This document shows, piece after piece, positions 38,074 to 47,364 of a stretch of 64,000 nucleotides of DNA. Source of the DNA: Fidelibacterota bacterium (GTDB lineage Bacteria > Fidelibacterota > UBA8477 > JABMPR01). Both the position numbers and the translations under genes were made by a program. The notes under the pieces are model-generated. The model was not told where the DNA came from. It saw nothing but the letters and a program-made list of their open reading frames with translations, and made no database searches. Each line of letters begins with the position of its first letter. Position 1 is the first letter of the stretch. The DNA lies in contig JADHVL010000001.1 of NCBI GenBank assembly GCA_016784025.1, forward strand, positions 73,753-137,752, written 5' to 3'.

Positions 38074-38180
38074 GGACATTGAGTTCACTTGTCAGGTCAC
38101 AGTTCGCAGAACGACGACTGATCGAAATGTCCAGTCCTTCGGCTGGTTAAACTCCGACCTCGACAGGCTCAGTATCCAGA
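38074..38180. repeat. Hairpin-family members downstream of cassette 2
   Basis: 38074-38131: GGACATT GAG[44-nt loop]TCGA AATGTCC has the same 7-bp stem as 17588-17612 but an expanded loop. 38152-38180: CTCCGACCTCGACAGGCTCAGTATCCAGA carries the reverse core. Confidence 0.55.
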
Positions 38181-38220
38181 ATCAATTCACCCCGAATTCA
38201 CTTGAAAACCCTTTGTTATA

Positions 38221-38236
38221 GTATATATTAGTATAC
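38221..38236. promoter_or_regulatory. Palindrome GTATA-TATTAG-TATAC (6-nt spacer), candidate operator/promoter element
   Basis: Inverted repeat directly upstream of the sulfatase gene, and downstream of the hairpin repeats as at 17.7 kb. Confidence 0.45.
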
Positions 38237-38274
38237 CAATTATACCTAAAGTGAATGAGGGATACAATTATTCC

Positions 38275-39822
38275 ATGTCACATCAATTAAAAACTGAATC
38301 CAAATCAATGTCTCGCCGCGAATTCATGGCGGGGATTATTGCAGCTGGAAGCCTTGTCGCCTGTGGTGGTAGTTCTGTGCTCAGGAGCACAAAAAAAACA
38401 CCTGAAATTAGAAAACGACCCAACATAATTCTAATGATGACAGACGATATGGGTTGGGGTGATGTTGGCTGGAATGGAAATACTATTATTAAAACTCCCA
38501 ATCTGGATAGCCTAGCTACTGCCGGAGTTCGTTTGGATCGTTTTTATTCAGGTGCACCGGTTTGCTCGCCTACACGCGCTACTTGCCTTACAGGACGCCA
38601 TTATTTTAGATATGGGATATGGAAAGCAAACCAGGGTGCGCTTCCGGTACAAGAAGTTACGCTTCCCAAATTGCTCAAACAAGCAGGGTATGCCACCGGT
38701 CACTATGGAAAATGGCATATGGGTAGCCCAAACCGTAATTATACAGGCAAAAATTCAGGCGATAAACATCTCGCCCTGCCGGAATGGTTTGGGTACGATG
38801 AATATTTTGTCACCCATCATGCCGTAGCCACCTGGGATCCTTACGGACCTAAAGGCGAACGAGCCGCAACGACTGAAAACCCGTATTGGCAAAATGGTGA
38901 ACGCGTACTAGAGAATGTTAGCGGTGATGATAGTCGTATCATGATGGATAGAATCCTACCCTTTGTTAATCAAGCCGTTGAGGATGAGAAACCATTTTTT
39001 ACAGTGGTCTGGTTCCATGCTCCACACACCCCCATCAAAGCTGGACCTGAATATCGCGAGATGTACAGCAAGTACTCAGAACTTGAGCAGAATTATTATG
39101 GTTGCATTACTGCACTGGATGATCAGGTCGGTCGGTTAAAAAATGAATTAGCAAAACTCGGTGTGCTTGATGATACCATGTTATGGTTTTGTAGCGATAA
39201 TGGACCTGAACGCAGGAATCCAGGAATAACTGGGGGCCACCGTGGGAGAAAACGAAGCCTATTCACCGGAGGGGTAGGATCACCGGCCTTTATGCATTGG
39301 CCAAATGGTCCTGGAAAGGCCGGGAGCATAATGGATAGACCAGCATCTACACTGGATTATCTGCCCACTATTCTCGAAACAGTTGGTGTTAAATATCCAG
39401 ATACACGTCCTCTGGATGGATTGAATATTCTGCCACTTCTGGCTGGGACACAATCCAAACGAGATAAACCGATTCCCTTCAGATATCAGTCTGCAAAGGG
39501 AACTATGTTTGATTCGCCTACAGCGGGAATGATTGATGATCAGTTTAAATTTCTGACCAACTATTCTGATTCAGGTGAAGAAGATTTATTGTTTGACCTC
39601 TATGCAGATCGTTTTGAAGAAAATAATGTTATTAAGGATCATCCAGAACACGCTCGGAAGTTAAAAAAGGAGTTATCTGCCTTCTTAACCTCTGCTGAAA
39701 ATAGCCATGCCGGGGGAGACTATGCTGATCCTGATTTTGAACCCCTGGGCAAGTGGAGTCCCACGCTTGGTGGTTGGAAAGTCAGCAACAGACAAAGAAA
39801 TAAGAAGAAAAAGAATAACTAG
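38275..39822 (+). CDS. Formylglycine-dependent sulfatase, Tat signal plus lipobox
   Basis: The start is uncertain: the ORF track gives GTG 38251, and ATG 38275 and ATG 38308 are also possible. SRREFMAGIIAAGSLVACGG, PNIILMMTDDMGWGD, and C-S-P-T-R in PVCSPTRATCLTGRH. Confidence 0.85.
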   Translation: MSHQLKTESKSMSRREFMAGIIAAGSLVACGGSSVLRSTKKTPEIRKRPNIILMMTDDMGWGDVGWNGNTIIKTPNLDSLATAGVRLDRFYSGAPVCSPTRATCLTGRHYFRYGIWKANQGALPVQEVTLPKLLKQAGYATGHYGKWHMGSPNRNYTGKNSGDKHLALPEWFGYDEYFVTHHAVATWDPYGPKGERAATTENPYWQNGERVLENVSGDDSRIMMDRILPFVNQAVEDEKPFFTVVWFHAPHTPIKAGPEYREMYSKYSELEQNYYGCITALDDQVGRLKNELAKLGVLDDTMLWFCSDNGPERRNPGITGGHRGRKRSLFTGGVGSPAFMHWPNGPGKAGSIMDRPASTLDYLPTILETVGVKYPDTRPLDGLNILPLLAGTQSKRDKPIPFRYQSAKGTMFDSPTAGMIDDQFKFLTNYSDSGEEDLLFDLYADRFEENNVIKDHPEHARKLKKELSAFLTSAENSHAGGDYADPDFEPLGKWSPTLGGWKVSNRQRNKKKKNN

Positions 39823-39851
39823 TCACCGAATCAAGAAATTGAGGAAATGAA

Positions 39852-41462
39852 ATGAGATCATTAATTACCAGAGTCGCCATTGCATCAATTCTAGTGCTCA
39901 TATTGCTAACTGCCTGTATGCCTCCTAAAGCTACTCCAGAGCCAACTTCTGAAGCTCCGATAGCTCCTACGGTAGCACCAAAAGTCATGACAGGTGCGTA
40001 TGAACCTAACTGGGAATCCCTGGCACAAAATGATATCCCTGAATGGATAAAAGATGCCAAGTTTGGTGTTTACACCCATTGGGGCGTGTACTCGGTCATT
40101 GCTAAAGGTGGAGCTGGTGCACCACTAAAATCAATCTACAAAGAGGGTCAGGGTAAAAAAGAAACCTATGATCACTATCTAAAGAATTTTGGTAAAGCTG
40201 AAGATGTTGGCTATGTAGATATCATTCCCATGTTTACTGCTGAGAAATTCGATGCAGAGGAGTGGGTGGATGTCATGGCGGATGCCGGAGCCAAATTTGG
40301 TGGCATCTGTGTTGTTCATCACGATGGCTTTCTGCTCTGGGATTCGAAAGTAAATCGCTGGAACTCAAAAAATATGGGTCCTAAAAGAGACATCTTTGGT
40401 GAAATTACCAAAGCAGTCCGTGCTCGCGGAGATATGAAACTGGCGGCAACCTTTCATCATGGCCGAACCTATGGATTTGCCACAGGTGGAAAACTGGATA
40501 TTTGGACTGAAGAAGAAAGAGCCAAATTTGACCTGTTCGATCCTCAGTACAAAGATTTTTACTGGCATGATGGTCATTCTGACCGTGCAGAATTTTCCAA
40601 ACAATGGCGTGCAAAGGTCATCGAGGTTGTAGATAAATATGATCCTGATTTTCTGTGGTTTGATGGTTTGAATACTTCAATGAAAAATGACACACCTCCC
40701 GTCTCATATGTTCAGGACGCTATCTCTCACTTCTTCAATAAAGCCGAGAAATCGGGGAAAGAGGTTGTGGTTGCCAACAAAAACGCAGGGGGCAAGTTCA
40801 ATTTTCCAGATGATTTCGGACTTCTCAGTTATGAAAATGGTCGTGATATGGCCGGCGATGTACAACCCTGGTTCCTCATCGATCGTGCCATTGGTTATCC
40901 CTGGGCTTATGAAGCAGACAAGAAATATAGAGATGGTCCAGAGTATCATACTCGCAGTCTCATCGATCTGGTGAGTCGTGGTGGAGTATTTCTGCTATCC
41001 CTGACTCCAAAAGGTGATGGCTCTATCCCAGCACGTGAAAAAGAGATCATGGCCGGAATTGGCGATTGGTTGGAAATTAATGGAGAAGCGATATATAATA
41101 CCCGTCCCTGGAAGCTATATGGGGAAGGACCTACAGATCTGACTGCCATGAAAAAAACCGGCAAGGGTACCTTGAAGCCAGGTTGGAATTATCGCAAAAA
41201 ACTCACTTCTCAGGATATTAGATTTACACAATCAAAAGATGGCAAAACCCTCTACGCAACGGCTTTGGAATGGCCTGAAAATGGCAAAATAGTTGTCACT
41301 TCACTCAGGGATGGTTCTGAGCTATACCCAGGAAAGATCAACTCAGTTGAAATGTTGTCCAGTTCGGAAAAAGTTAAATGGTCCAGGACATCAGAGGGAC
41401 TGGAGATTCAATTTCCTCAGGAAAAGCCGTGCACCACAGCTTACGCATTTAGAATTAATTAA
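39852..41462 (+). CDS. GH29-type alpha-L-fucosidase, lipoprotein
   Basis: 536 aa. Lipobox LLTAC. FGVYTHWGVYSV, KFGGICVVHHDGFLLWDS, DFLWFDG and SKNGVFLLSL-type blocks are typical of GH29. Confidence 0.8.
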   Translation: MRSLITRVAIASILVLILLTACMPPKATPEPTSEAPIAPTVAPKVMTGAYEPNWESLAQNDIPEWIKDAKFGVYTHWGVYSVIAKGGAGAPLKSIYKEGQGKKETYDHYLKNFGKAEDVGYVDIIPMFTAEKFDAEEWVDVMADAGAKFGGICVVHHDGFLLWDSKVNRWNSKNMGPKRDIFGEITKAVRARGDMKLAATFHHGRTYGFATGGKLDIWTEEERAKFDLFDPQYKDFYWHDGHSDRAEFSKQWRAKVIEVVDKYDPDFLWFDGLNTSMKNDTPPVSYVQDAISHFFNKAEKSGKEVVVANKNAGGKFNFPDDFGLLSYENGRDMAGDVQPWFLIDRAIGYPWAYEADKKYRDGPEYHTRSLIDLVSRGGVFLLSLTPKGDGSIPAREKEIMAGIGDWLEINGEAIYNTRPWKLYGEGPTDLTAMKKTGKGTLKPGWNYRKKLTSQDIRFTQSKDGKTLYATALEWPENGKIVVTSLRDGSELYPGKINSVEMLSSSEKVKWSRTSEGLEIQFPQEKPCTTAYAFRIN

Positions 41463-41471
41463 GAGGCCGAT

Positions 41472-43076
41472 GTGATCATGCCAATTACGAGTAAACTCAC
41501 GAAACTGCTTTCGGTTGTTATATTTCTTGGAATCATAGCATCCTGCGCCCCCGAAAAAGCTGAGCAGACTGTTGTACCAGAACCTGTGATCGCCCAAGAA
41601 CAGGTTAGCGGACCATACGAACCCAATTGGGAATCTCTATCTCAGGATGAAATTCCAGAATGGATGAAAGATGCCAAATTTGGTGTCTATACCCATTGGG
41701 GTATCTACTCCGTTGTGGCCAATGGTGGTCCCGCAGCACCGCTCAAATCAATGTATAAACGTGAGTTCAATAAACCTGAGATCCATGACTACATGACCGA
41801 GACCTATGGGAAACCTGAAGACTTTGGTTATATCGACCTCATTCCGCAATTCACTGCAGATAAATTTGATGCTGAAGAATGGGTGGATGTCATGGCTGAT
41901 GCTGGTGCCAAATTTGGTGGTATCTGTGTCGTTCACCATGATGGTTTCCTTTTATGGGATAGCAAAGTCAATCGCTGGAATTCTAAGAATATGGGACCCA
42001 AACGTGATATTTTTGGGGAAATCACAAAGGCAGTGCGGGCCAGGGGAGATATGAAGCTTGCTGCAACATTCCATCATGGACGGACCTACGGTTTTGCAAC
42101 AGGTGGCAAGATGGATAAATGGACGGAAGAGGATCGCAAAAAGTTTGATCTCTTTGATCCACAATACAGTGATTTTTACTGGCACGATGGTCATTCAACA
42201 CGCGAAGATTTCTCAAATCAATGGCGCGCTAAAATTATCGAAGTTGTAGATAATTACCAGCCTGACTTTATCTGGTTTGATGGACTCAATACCTCTATGA
42301 AGAATGATACACCGCCCGTTTCCTATGTCCAGGAAGCCATCGCACATTTTTTTAATACTGCAGCTGCACGTGGACAGGAAGTCGTCGTGGCCAACAAGCA
42401 TGCTGGAAAATTTAACTTCCCAGCTGAATTTGGTTTGCTGAGTTATGAAAATGGAAGAGATATGCTCGAGGATGTGGAACCCTGGTTTCTTATTGACCGA
42501 GCCATTGCTTATCCCTGGGCTTATGAGCACAATAAAAATTATAAGGACAAAGCTGATTATCACACCCGTAGCCTGATTGACCTGGTCAGTCGTGGTGGCG
42601 TGTTCTTGCTTTCCCTGACACCCAAAGGCGATGGATCCATCCCTGAGGAGGAAAAGGAAATCATGGCTGGCATTGGTGCCTGGCTGAAAGTTAATGGCGA
42701 AGCCATATACAGCACCAGACCCTGGAAAATATTTGGTGAAGGTCCCACAAAGCTGGCCACCATGAAACCCACCCAGAAAGGTGTCATGAAACCAGGTTGG
42801 AATTATCGTCAGGAATTTTCACCGCAGGATATCAGATTTACCCAATCCAAGGATGGGAAGACTCTGTATGCCACAAGCCTGAACTGGCCGGAAAGTGGAA
42901 AAATAATTGTTCATTCATTGAGTGAAGGATCCGATTACTTCCCTGGTGAAATCAGCAGTGTTGAGATGTTAGGAAATAAAGATAAAATTAAATGGAGCAG
43001 AACTGGATCGGGTCTTGAAATTACCTTTCCTGATGAAAAGCCCTGTGATATCGCCTATTCATTTAGGATTCAATAA
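41472..43076 (+). CDS. GH29-type alpha-L-fucosidase, lipoprotein (tandem paralogue)
   Basis: 534 aa (GTG 41472 or ATG 41478). Lipobox IIASC. Same GH29 blocks. An 83-aa stretch is identical to the upstream paralogue. Confidence 0.8.
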   Translation: MIMPITSKLTKLLSVVIFLGIIASCAPEKAEQTVVPEPVIAQEQVSGPYEPNWESLSQDEIPEWMKDAKFGVYTHWGIYSVVANGGPAAPLKSMYKREFNKPEIHDYMTETYGKPEDFGYIDLIPQFTADKFDAEEWVDVMADAGAKFGGICVVHHDGFLLWDSKVNRWNSKNMGPKRDIFGEITKAVRARGDMKLAATFHHGRTYGFATGGKMDKWTEEDRKKFDLFDPQYSDFYWHDGHSTREDFSNQWRAKIIEVVDNYQPDFIWFDGLNTSMKNDTPPVSYVQEAIAHFFNTAAARGQEVVVANKHAGKFNFPAEFGLLSYENGRDMLEDVEPWFLIDRAIAYPWAYEHNKNYKDKADYHTRSLIDLVSRGGVFLLSLTPKGDGSIPEEEKEIMAGIGAWLKVNGEAIYSTRPWKIFGEGPTKLATMKPTQKGVMKPGWNYRQEFSPQDIRFTQSKDGKTLYATSLNWPESGKIIVHSLSEGSDYFPGEISSVEMLGNKDKIKWSRTGSGLEITFPDEKPCDIAYSFRIQ

Positions 43077-43114
43077 AATCAGATGATTACAATAGTGACA
43101 CAAAGGAGAGTTGT

Positions 43115-44827
43115 ATGAAGAAAATGTTAATGTGCATTCTAGTGATAGCCATGACAGTGCCTGCACTGGCTACAGATATCATGGTCCAACCCGGAGAAAA
43201 CACCATCAAGGCTGCACTTGTCACAGCTGCAGCAGGTGACAGGCTCATTCTTGAGCAGGAGGGTGTCTATGCCAATGATCCTTTGTTCATTTATGTGCCA
43301 CTTACAATAAAAGCGGCTGAAGGTCTAACTAGCAAACCAGTGATTTCTTTTCTCTGGAATGCTGACACTGCGGTCGCTCAAACTCAGGAAGCAACTCTAT
43401 TCTTCACTTATGCCTCCTTGACCGTTGCTGATATTGAGTTAACGATGGATGGTGAACCCGAAGCAAAAACAACTCGTATGTTTCGCAATCGGGCTAATGT
43501 TGATGTGAACTGGAAGTTTTATAACCTGGACATGCACCATGCCCATCAACTCACAATGAGCGTCACTGGAGTTCCAGATACACTTATTCTTGCTGATGGT
43601 TCAATGTTTTTTGATGGAATTGATTATGTAGATAACGCTGGTGTTTTCATTGATGGTGTTCAAGTAGCTGCGGACGGAGCTCAGGGTGTCCTGGATACTC
43701 TAATCTTTGATGGATGTAACATATCAGATCTTGATGGTACCGGGGGTCGGAAAATTAATCATTCAGACGACAACCGCGGGCTCAGGTATTTATTTCAGTT
43801 TACAAATAGTTCGGTCTGGAATACAACCAACTCAGCAATTTTCCTCAAAATGCAGGATCCAGATGGTATTGCAGATGGAAGGGTAATTATAGATCACAGC
43901 ACCTTTGACCACATTGGAATCCCAGGTGAAAATCATGATGGTTTTGTCGTCAAATTTGCATCTACAGATTCCTATGTTAAAAATTCAACATTTACAAATG
44001 TGGCGGATGAACCCTGTAAAACAACAGGTGGAACAACAACTAGTGCTGTAGCTGTTGACTATTGCAACTGGTTCAATAATGGGATCGACGGTGTTACCCC
44101 TGTTGGAGGTACACAGGGTGCAAATAATCTGCAGCTCGATCCACTATTTGTAGATGCGGATAATGGAGATTTAACCCTACAGGCTGGTTCACCCCTGATT
44201 GGAGCTGGAGAGGGCGGCACATCAATTGGTGATCCTCGCTGGGCTCCAACCGCTACACCCGTAGACCCAACATCAACATTCACAACAGATGTGAATTCAG
44301 GGGATGCACCACTCACAGTTACATTCACCAATACATCAGATCTGGGATCAGGCACTCTGGTTTCATATGCCTGGACTTTTGGTGATGGAGGAACCTCCTC
44401 CGATGAGAATCCTGTCTATGAATACACAACACATGGTGTTTACAATGCTGTTCTTGTCGTTGAAACTTCAGTTGGTTCCTCTACATCAGAGGCTACAGTT
44501 ATCACAGTAAATGAGGTAGTTTCTGTTAATCAGCAAACACTCACTCCCGATACATATAGTCTGAGTCAGAACTATCCCAATCCGTTCAATCCAAGCACTT
44601 CAATTGAGTTTGGTGTACCGGAACAGGGCCAGATTTCAATTCTCATATATAATGATCTGGGTCAGCTTGTACGCACCCTTGGTTCAAATGTTGTCAGCTC
44701 TGGATTTCATACTGTTACCTGGGATGGAACGGATAATTCAGGGGCATTTGTTCCAAGCGGCGTTTACATCTATCAATTGTCTGCACCCGGAGTATCGCTA
44801 ACGAATAAAATGGTGCTAATGAAATAG
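43115..44827 (+). CDS. Secreted beta-helix-like protein with PKD domain and T9SS CTD
   Basis: 570 aa, AAGGAG RBS, signal peptide. The N-terminus resembles the second helix module of the 1500-aa protein (PLTIKAAEGLTSKPVISF). PKD motif YAWTFGDGGTS. CTD NYPNPFNPSTSIEF. Confidence 0.7.
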   Translation: MKKMLMCILVIAMTVPALATDIMVQPGENTIKAALVTAAAGDRLILEQEGVYANDPLFIYVPLTIKAAEGLTSKPVISFLWNADTAVAQTQEATLFFTYASLTVADIELTMDGEPEAKTTRMFRNRANVDVNWKFYNLDMHHAHQLTMSVTGVPDTLILADGSMFFDGIDYVDNAGVFIDGVQVAADGAQGVLDTLIFDGCNISDLDGTGGRKINHSDDNRGLRYLFQFTNSSVWNTTNSAIFLKMQDPDGIADGRVIIDHSTFDHIGIPGENHDGFVVKFASTDSYVKNSTFTNVADEPCKTTGGTTTSAVAVDYCNWFNNGIDGVTPVGGTQGANNLQLDPLFVDADNGDLTLQAGSPLIGAGEGGTSIGDPRWAPTATPVDPTSTFTTDVNSGDAPLTVTFTNTSDLGSGTLVSYAWTFGDGGTSSDENPVYEYTTHGVYNAVLVVETSVGSSTSEATVITVNEVVSVNQQTLTPDTYSLSQNYPNPFNPSTSIEFGVPEQGQISILIYNDLGQLVRTLGSNVVSSGFHTVTWDGTDNSGAFVPSGVYIYQLSAPGVSLTNKMVLMK

Positions 44828-44857
44828 CGTTTCATGTACTTTCTCACTTGGTTTGAT

Positions 44858-44889
44858 CGTGAAAGGGTGTGGAACAACGCCCTTTCACG
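44858..44889 (+). terminator. Perfect 10-bp hairpin after the PKD protein gene (terminator-like, no U-tract)
   Basis: CGTGAAAGGG (44858-44867) pairs with CCCTTTCACG (44880-44889) across a 12-nt loop. It contains the GTG at 44869 that the ORF track uses as a start. Confidence 0.4.
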
Positions 44890-44940
44890 AGAGGAAGTAA
44901 GAATTTAATAATTCAAATCGCTCAATTAAGGCCTTCCACG

Positions 44941-47364
44941 GTGACAACTGATCCCATTACGCCAATCCGAATTAATACAATCACCGTGCATACTCTATTC
45001 ATTCTGGGACTCCTGTTTGCAACATTTTCACAAATCCAAGCTCAGGAAAGGGAAAATGAATTCAGGGGAGTGATTAAAGGTCAACTACTTGATGCATCGA
45101 ATCAGCAACCCATAATTGGCGCAAATATCCTGGTATATTCGCATGAGGATTCGGTTTTAATTTCAGGTACTACTTCAGATTTAAAAGGTGAGTTCATCAT
45201 ATCAAATCTTCCATTTTCTATATTTAATCTTGAAATCAAATATATGGGGTACGGGTCGTTAAAACTTGAAAACCAATCCACGTCACCCATCCCGGTGGAC
45301 ATCGGTGTTGTCTACCTCGAGCAAATATCCATTGATACACAAGAAGTGCTGGCTACTGCACAAGCACCAGAAGTGAGATTCGAGCCGGGGAAAACAGTGA
45401 TTACTGTTGGTGATTCTGCTGCAGTAGAGGGGGAGTCCGCTGCAGACCTGCTGGAAAATGCCCCCAGTGTTTCTATTGAAGACGGCGAATCAGTAAGCAT
45501 TCGAGGGCAGAACGCAGCCATTTATATTGACGGTGTCAAAACAAATCTCGAAGATGTACTATCCCAAATTCCTGCAGGCTCAATTGAATCCATAGAAGTC
45601 ATTCCGAATCCTTCAGCCAAGTATGAATCTTCTGCAGGTGGTGTTATTGACATTAAGCTCAAAAAGCATAAAAGGAAGGGTAGCAACGGTCGTTTTCGGG
45701 TTGGTTATCATGATTCTGGTGACTATCAGATATCTGCAAATGCCTCTACAAATGTGAAGGGATTTAACGCATTTGGTGAATTCTCAGACAGACTATTTAC
45801 GCGATCAAGTGAGACCCGGTATTGGAGAGAAACCTATTCAGACAATCCGTGGTTTCTGAATCTGTCAGGGGGGAATGACAAGCAGAGTCTAACGCGACAA
45901 TATCGAATGGGCACAAGATGGTCTCCCTCTAATAGACATGCCTTTAAGCTCACCTATCTAAAAAATTTACGATTGAAAGATCAAACAGGCTCAACAGTCT
46001 CTGATCGTCTTGATAGTACCCAAACGCTCCAAAGATATACAGAAAAGGATAAAGAATCCTCAGATACAAGAGAACGAGACGAAATTTCACTGATCTATAA
46101 TTTTGATGCAAAAAAAACTCGATCCAATTTGAATGTGCTATTCACTCACTCGCTCACAGCCTCGCAGCGTGATGGTAGTGATTATAAGCAGAACTATGAT
46201 CCGGAGGGATTTGTCTCAGGTAATCTGAAGAGTGACTCTCTGCGAAGTGAGGATGATCGGGGTCAAACAACGATTAAAATAGATTGGTCCCTGCCTTCAC
46301 TTGGGGATCATGAAGTCGATCTGGGATATCAATTTCGCTCTGATGACAATTCACTTCAGAATAATTATTATTCGTTATTAGTAGATGAATCGGATTGGGA
46401 TGAGGACAGCCTCCGGGGAGGACCCTTTTCATACGCTGAAATAATGCATGGATCTTATATCACCTACCGCTACTCAACTAAACGATACCAGCTGAACCTG
46501 GGAACACGTCTGGAATCAATTACCAATGAATCGGTCCATAACGATACAGGGACGGTAAATAATAGATATGACCAAATCCTGCCCTCACTTCAGTTAATCA
46601 GGATGATTACACCACTACAAACACTGCAATTTAGTTATTCCCGTCGAATATCATCACCAGCCTACAACAGGTTGAATCCCCAGGTCATCAACACCTCAAC
46701 CTATTTCTTAAAAACGGGTAATCCTTATTTGAAGCCTGAGCAAATTGATAACTATGAGTTGCAGTATATCTGGAGAAACGATAAGCACAATGTGAGCAGC
46801 TCAATATTTTATCGAGAAATTGATGACATCATTGGCAACCAGATTGAAATTGTTGCTGATAGTATAACCCACATATATCCAGATAATCTCTCCTCAGGTG
46901 AAGCAATTGGTGGAGATGTTAACTGGGTTTACAAGCCTGCCACATTCATGAAAATATCCAGCAGTATTGTACACTTTAACAGCATGCTGTTGAGTGAAGG
47001 GATTGAGTCCCTGAAGAAACGCCAAAAGGTTACCACTTCAGCAAAAATCAAACTTGACCTGAACTTGAACAAGAAATACTTCTTGCAAATCATTCACAAG
47101 TACGATTCCCCCCGTATTACCTGGCAGGGGAGCAATGCCACCCGGCAATTCACGGATGTTTCGCTTAAGACTTATCTGTGGGATCGTAAGGTGAGTATGA
47201 GTATGAAAGTATCGGATGTGTTTGATACGCTTAGAGATGAAAAAGAAATTGATTATCGAACAGACTTCTTCGCTAGAAACATCTCTGAGTATGATTCCAG
47301 ACGATTAATTATGTCCATATCATATACGTTTAATAACAAATGGAAGAAAAATGATAAAAAGTAA
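44941..47364 (+). CDS. TonB-dependent receptor-like outer-membrane beta-barrel family protein
   Basis: The ORF is open from 44869, but that GTG sits in a hairpin loop. In-frame GTGs at 44941 and 44986 precede the hydrophobic signal LFILGLLFATFSQIQAQ, so the start is uncertain. CarbopepD_reg-like GVIKGQLLDASNQQPIIGANILV, plug-like SIRGQNAAIYIDGV, long barrel. Confidence 0.7.
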   Translation: MTTDPITPIRINTITVHTLFILGLLFATFSQIQAQERENEFRGVIKGQLLDASNQQPIIGANILVYSHEDSVLISGTTSDLKGEFIISNLPFSIFNLEIKYMGYGSLKLENQSTSPIPVDIGVVYLEQISIDTQEVLATAQAPEVRFEPGKTVITVGDSAAVEGESAADLLENAPSVSIEDGESVSIRGQNAAIYIDGVKTNLEDVLSQIPAGSIESIEVIPNPSAKYESSAGGVIDIKLKKHKRKGSNGRFRVGYHDSGDYQISANASTNVKGFNAFGEFSDRLFTRSSETRYWRETYSDNPWFLNLSGGNDKQSLTRQYRMGTRWSPSNRHAFKLTYLKNLRLKDQTGSTVSDRLDSTQTLQRYTEKDKESSDTRERDEISLIYNFDAKKTRSNLNVLFTHSLTASQRDGSDYKQNYDPEGFVSGNLKSDSLRSEDDRGQTTIKIDWSLPSLGDHEVDLGYQFRSDDNSLQNNYYSLLVDESDWDEDSLRGGPFSYAEIMHGSYITYRYSTKRYQLNLGTRLESITNESVHNDTGTVNNRYDQILPSLQLIRMITPLQTLQFSYSRRISSPAYNRLNPQVINTSTYFLKTGNPYLKPEQIDNYELQYIWRNDKHNVSSSIFYREIDDIIGNQIEIVADSITHIYPDNLSSGEAIGGDVNWVYKPATFMKISSSIVHFNSMLLSEGIESLKKRQKVTTSAKIKLDLNLNKKYFLQIIHKYDSPRITWQGSNATRQFTDVSLKTYLWDRKVSMSMKVSDVFDTLRDEKEIDYRTDFFARNISEYDSRRLIMSISYTFNNKWKKNDKK

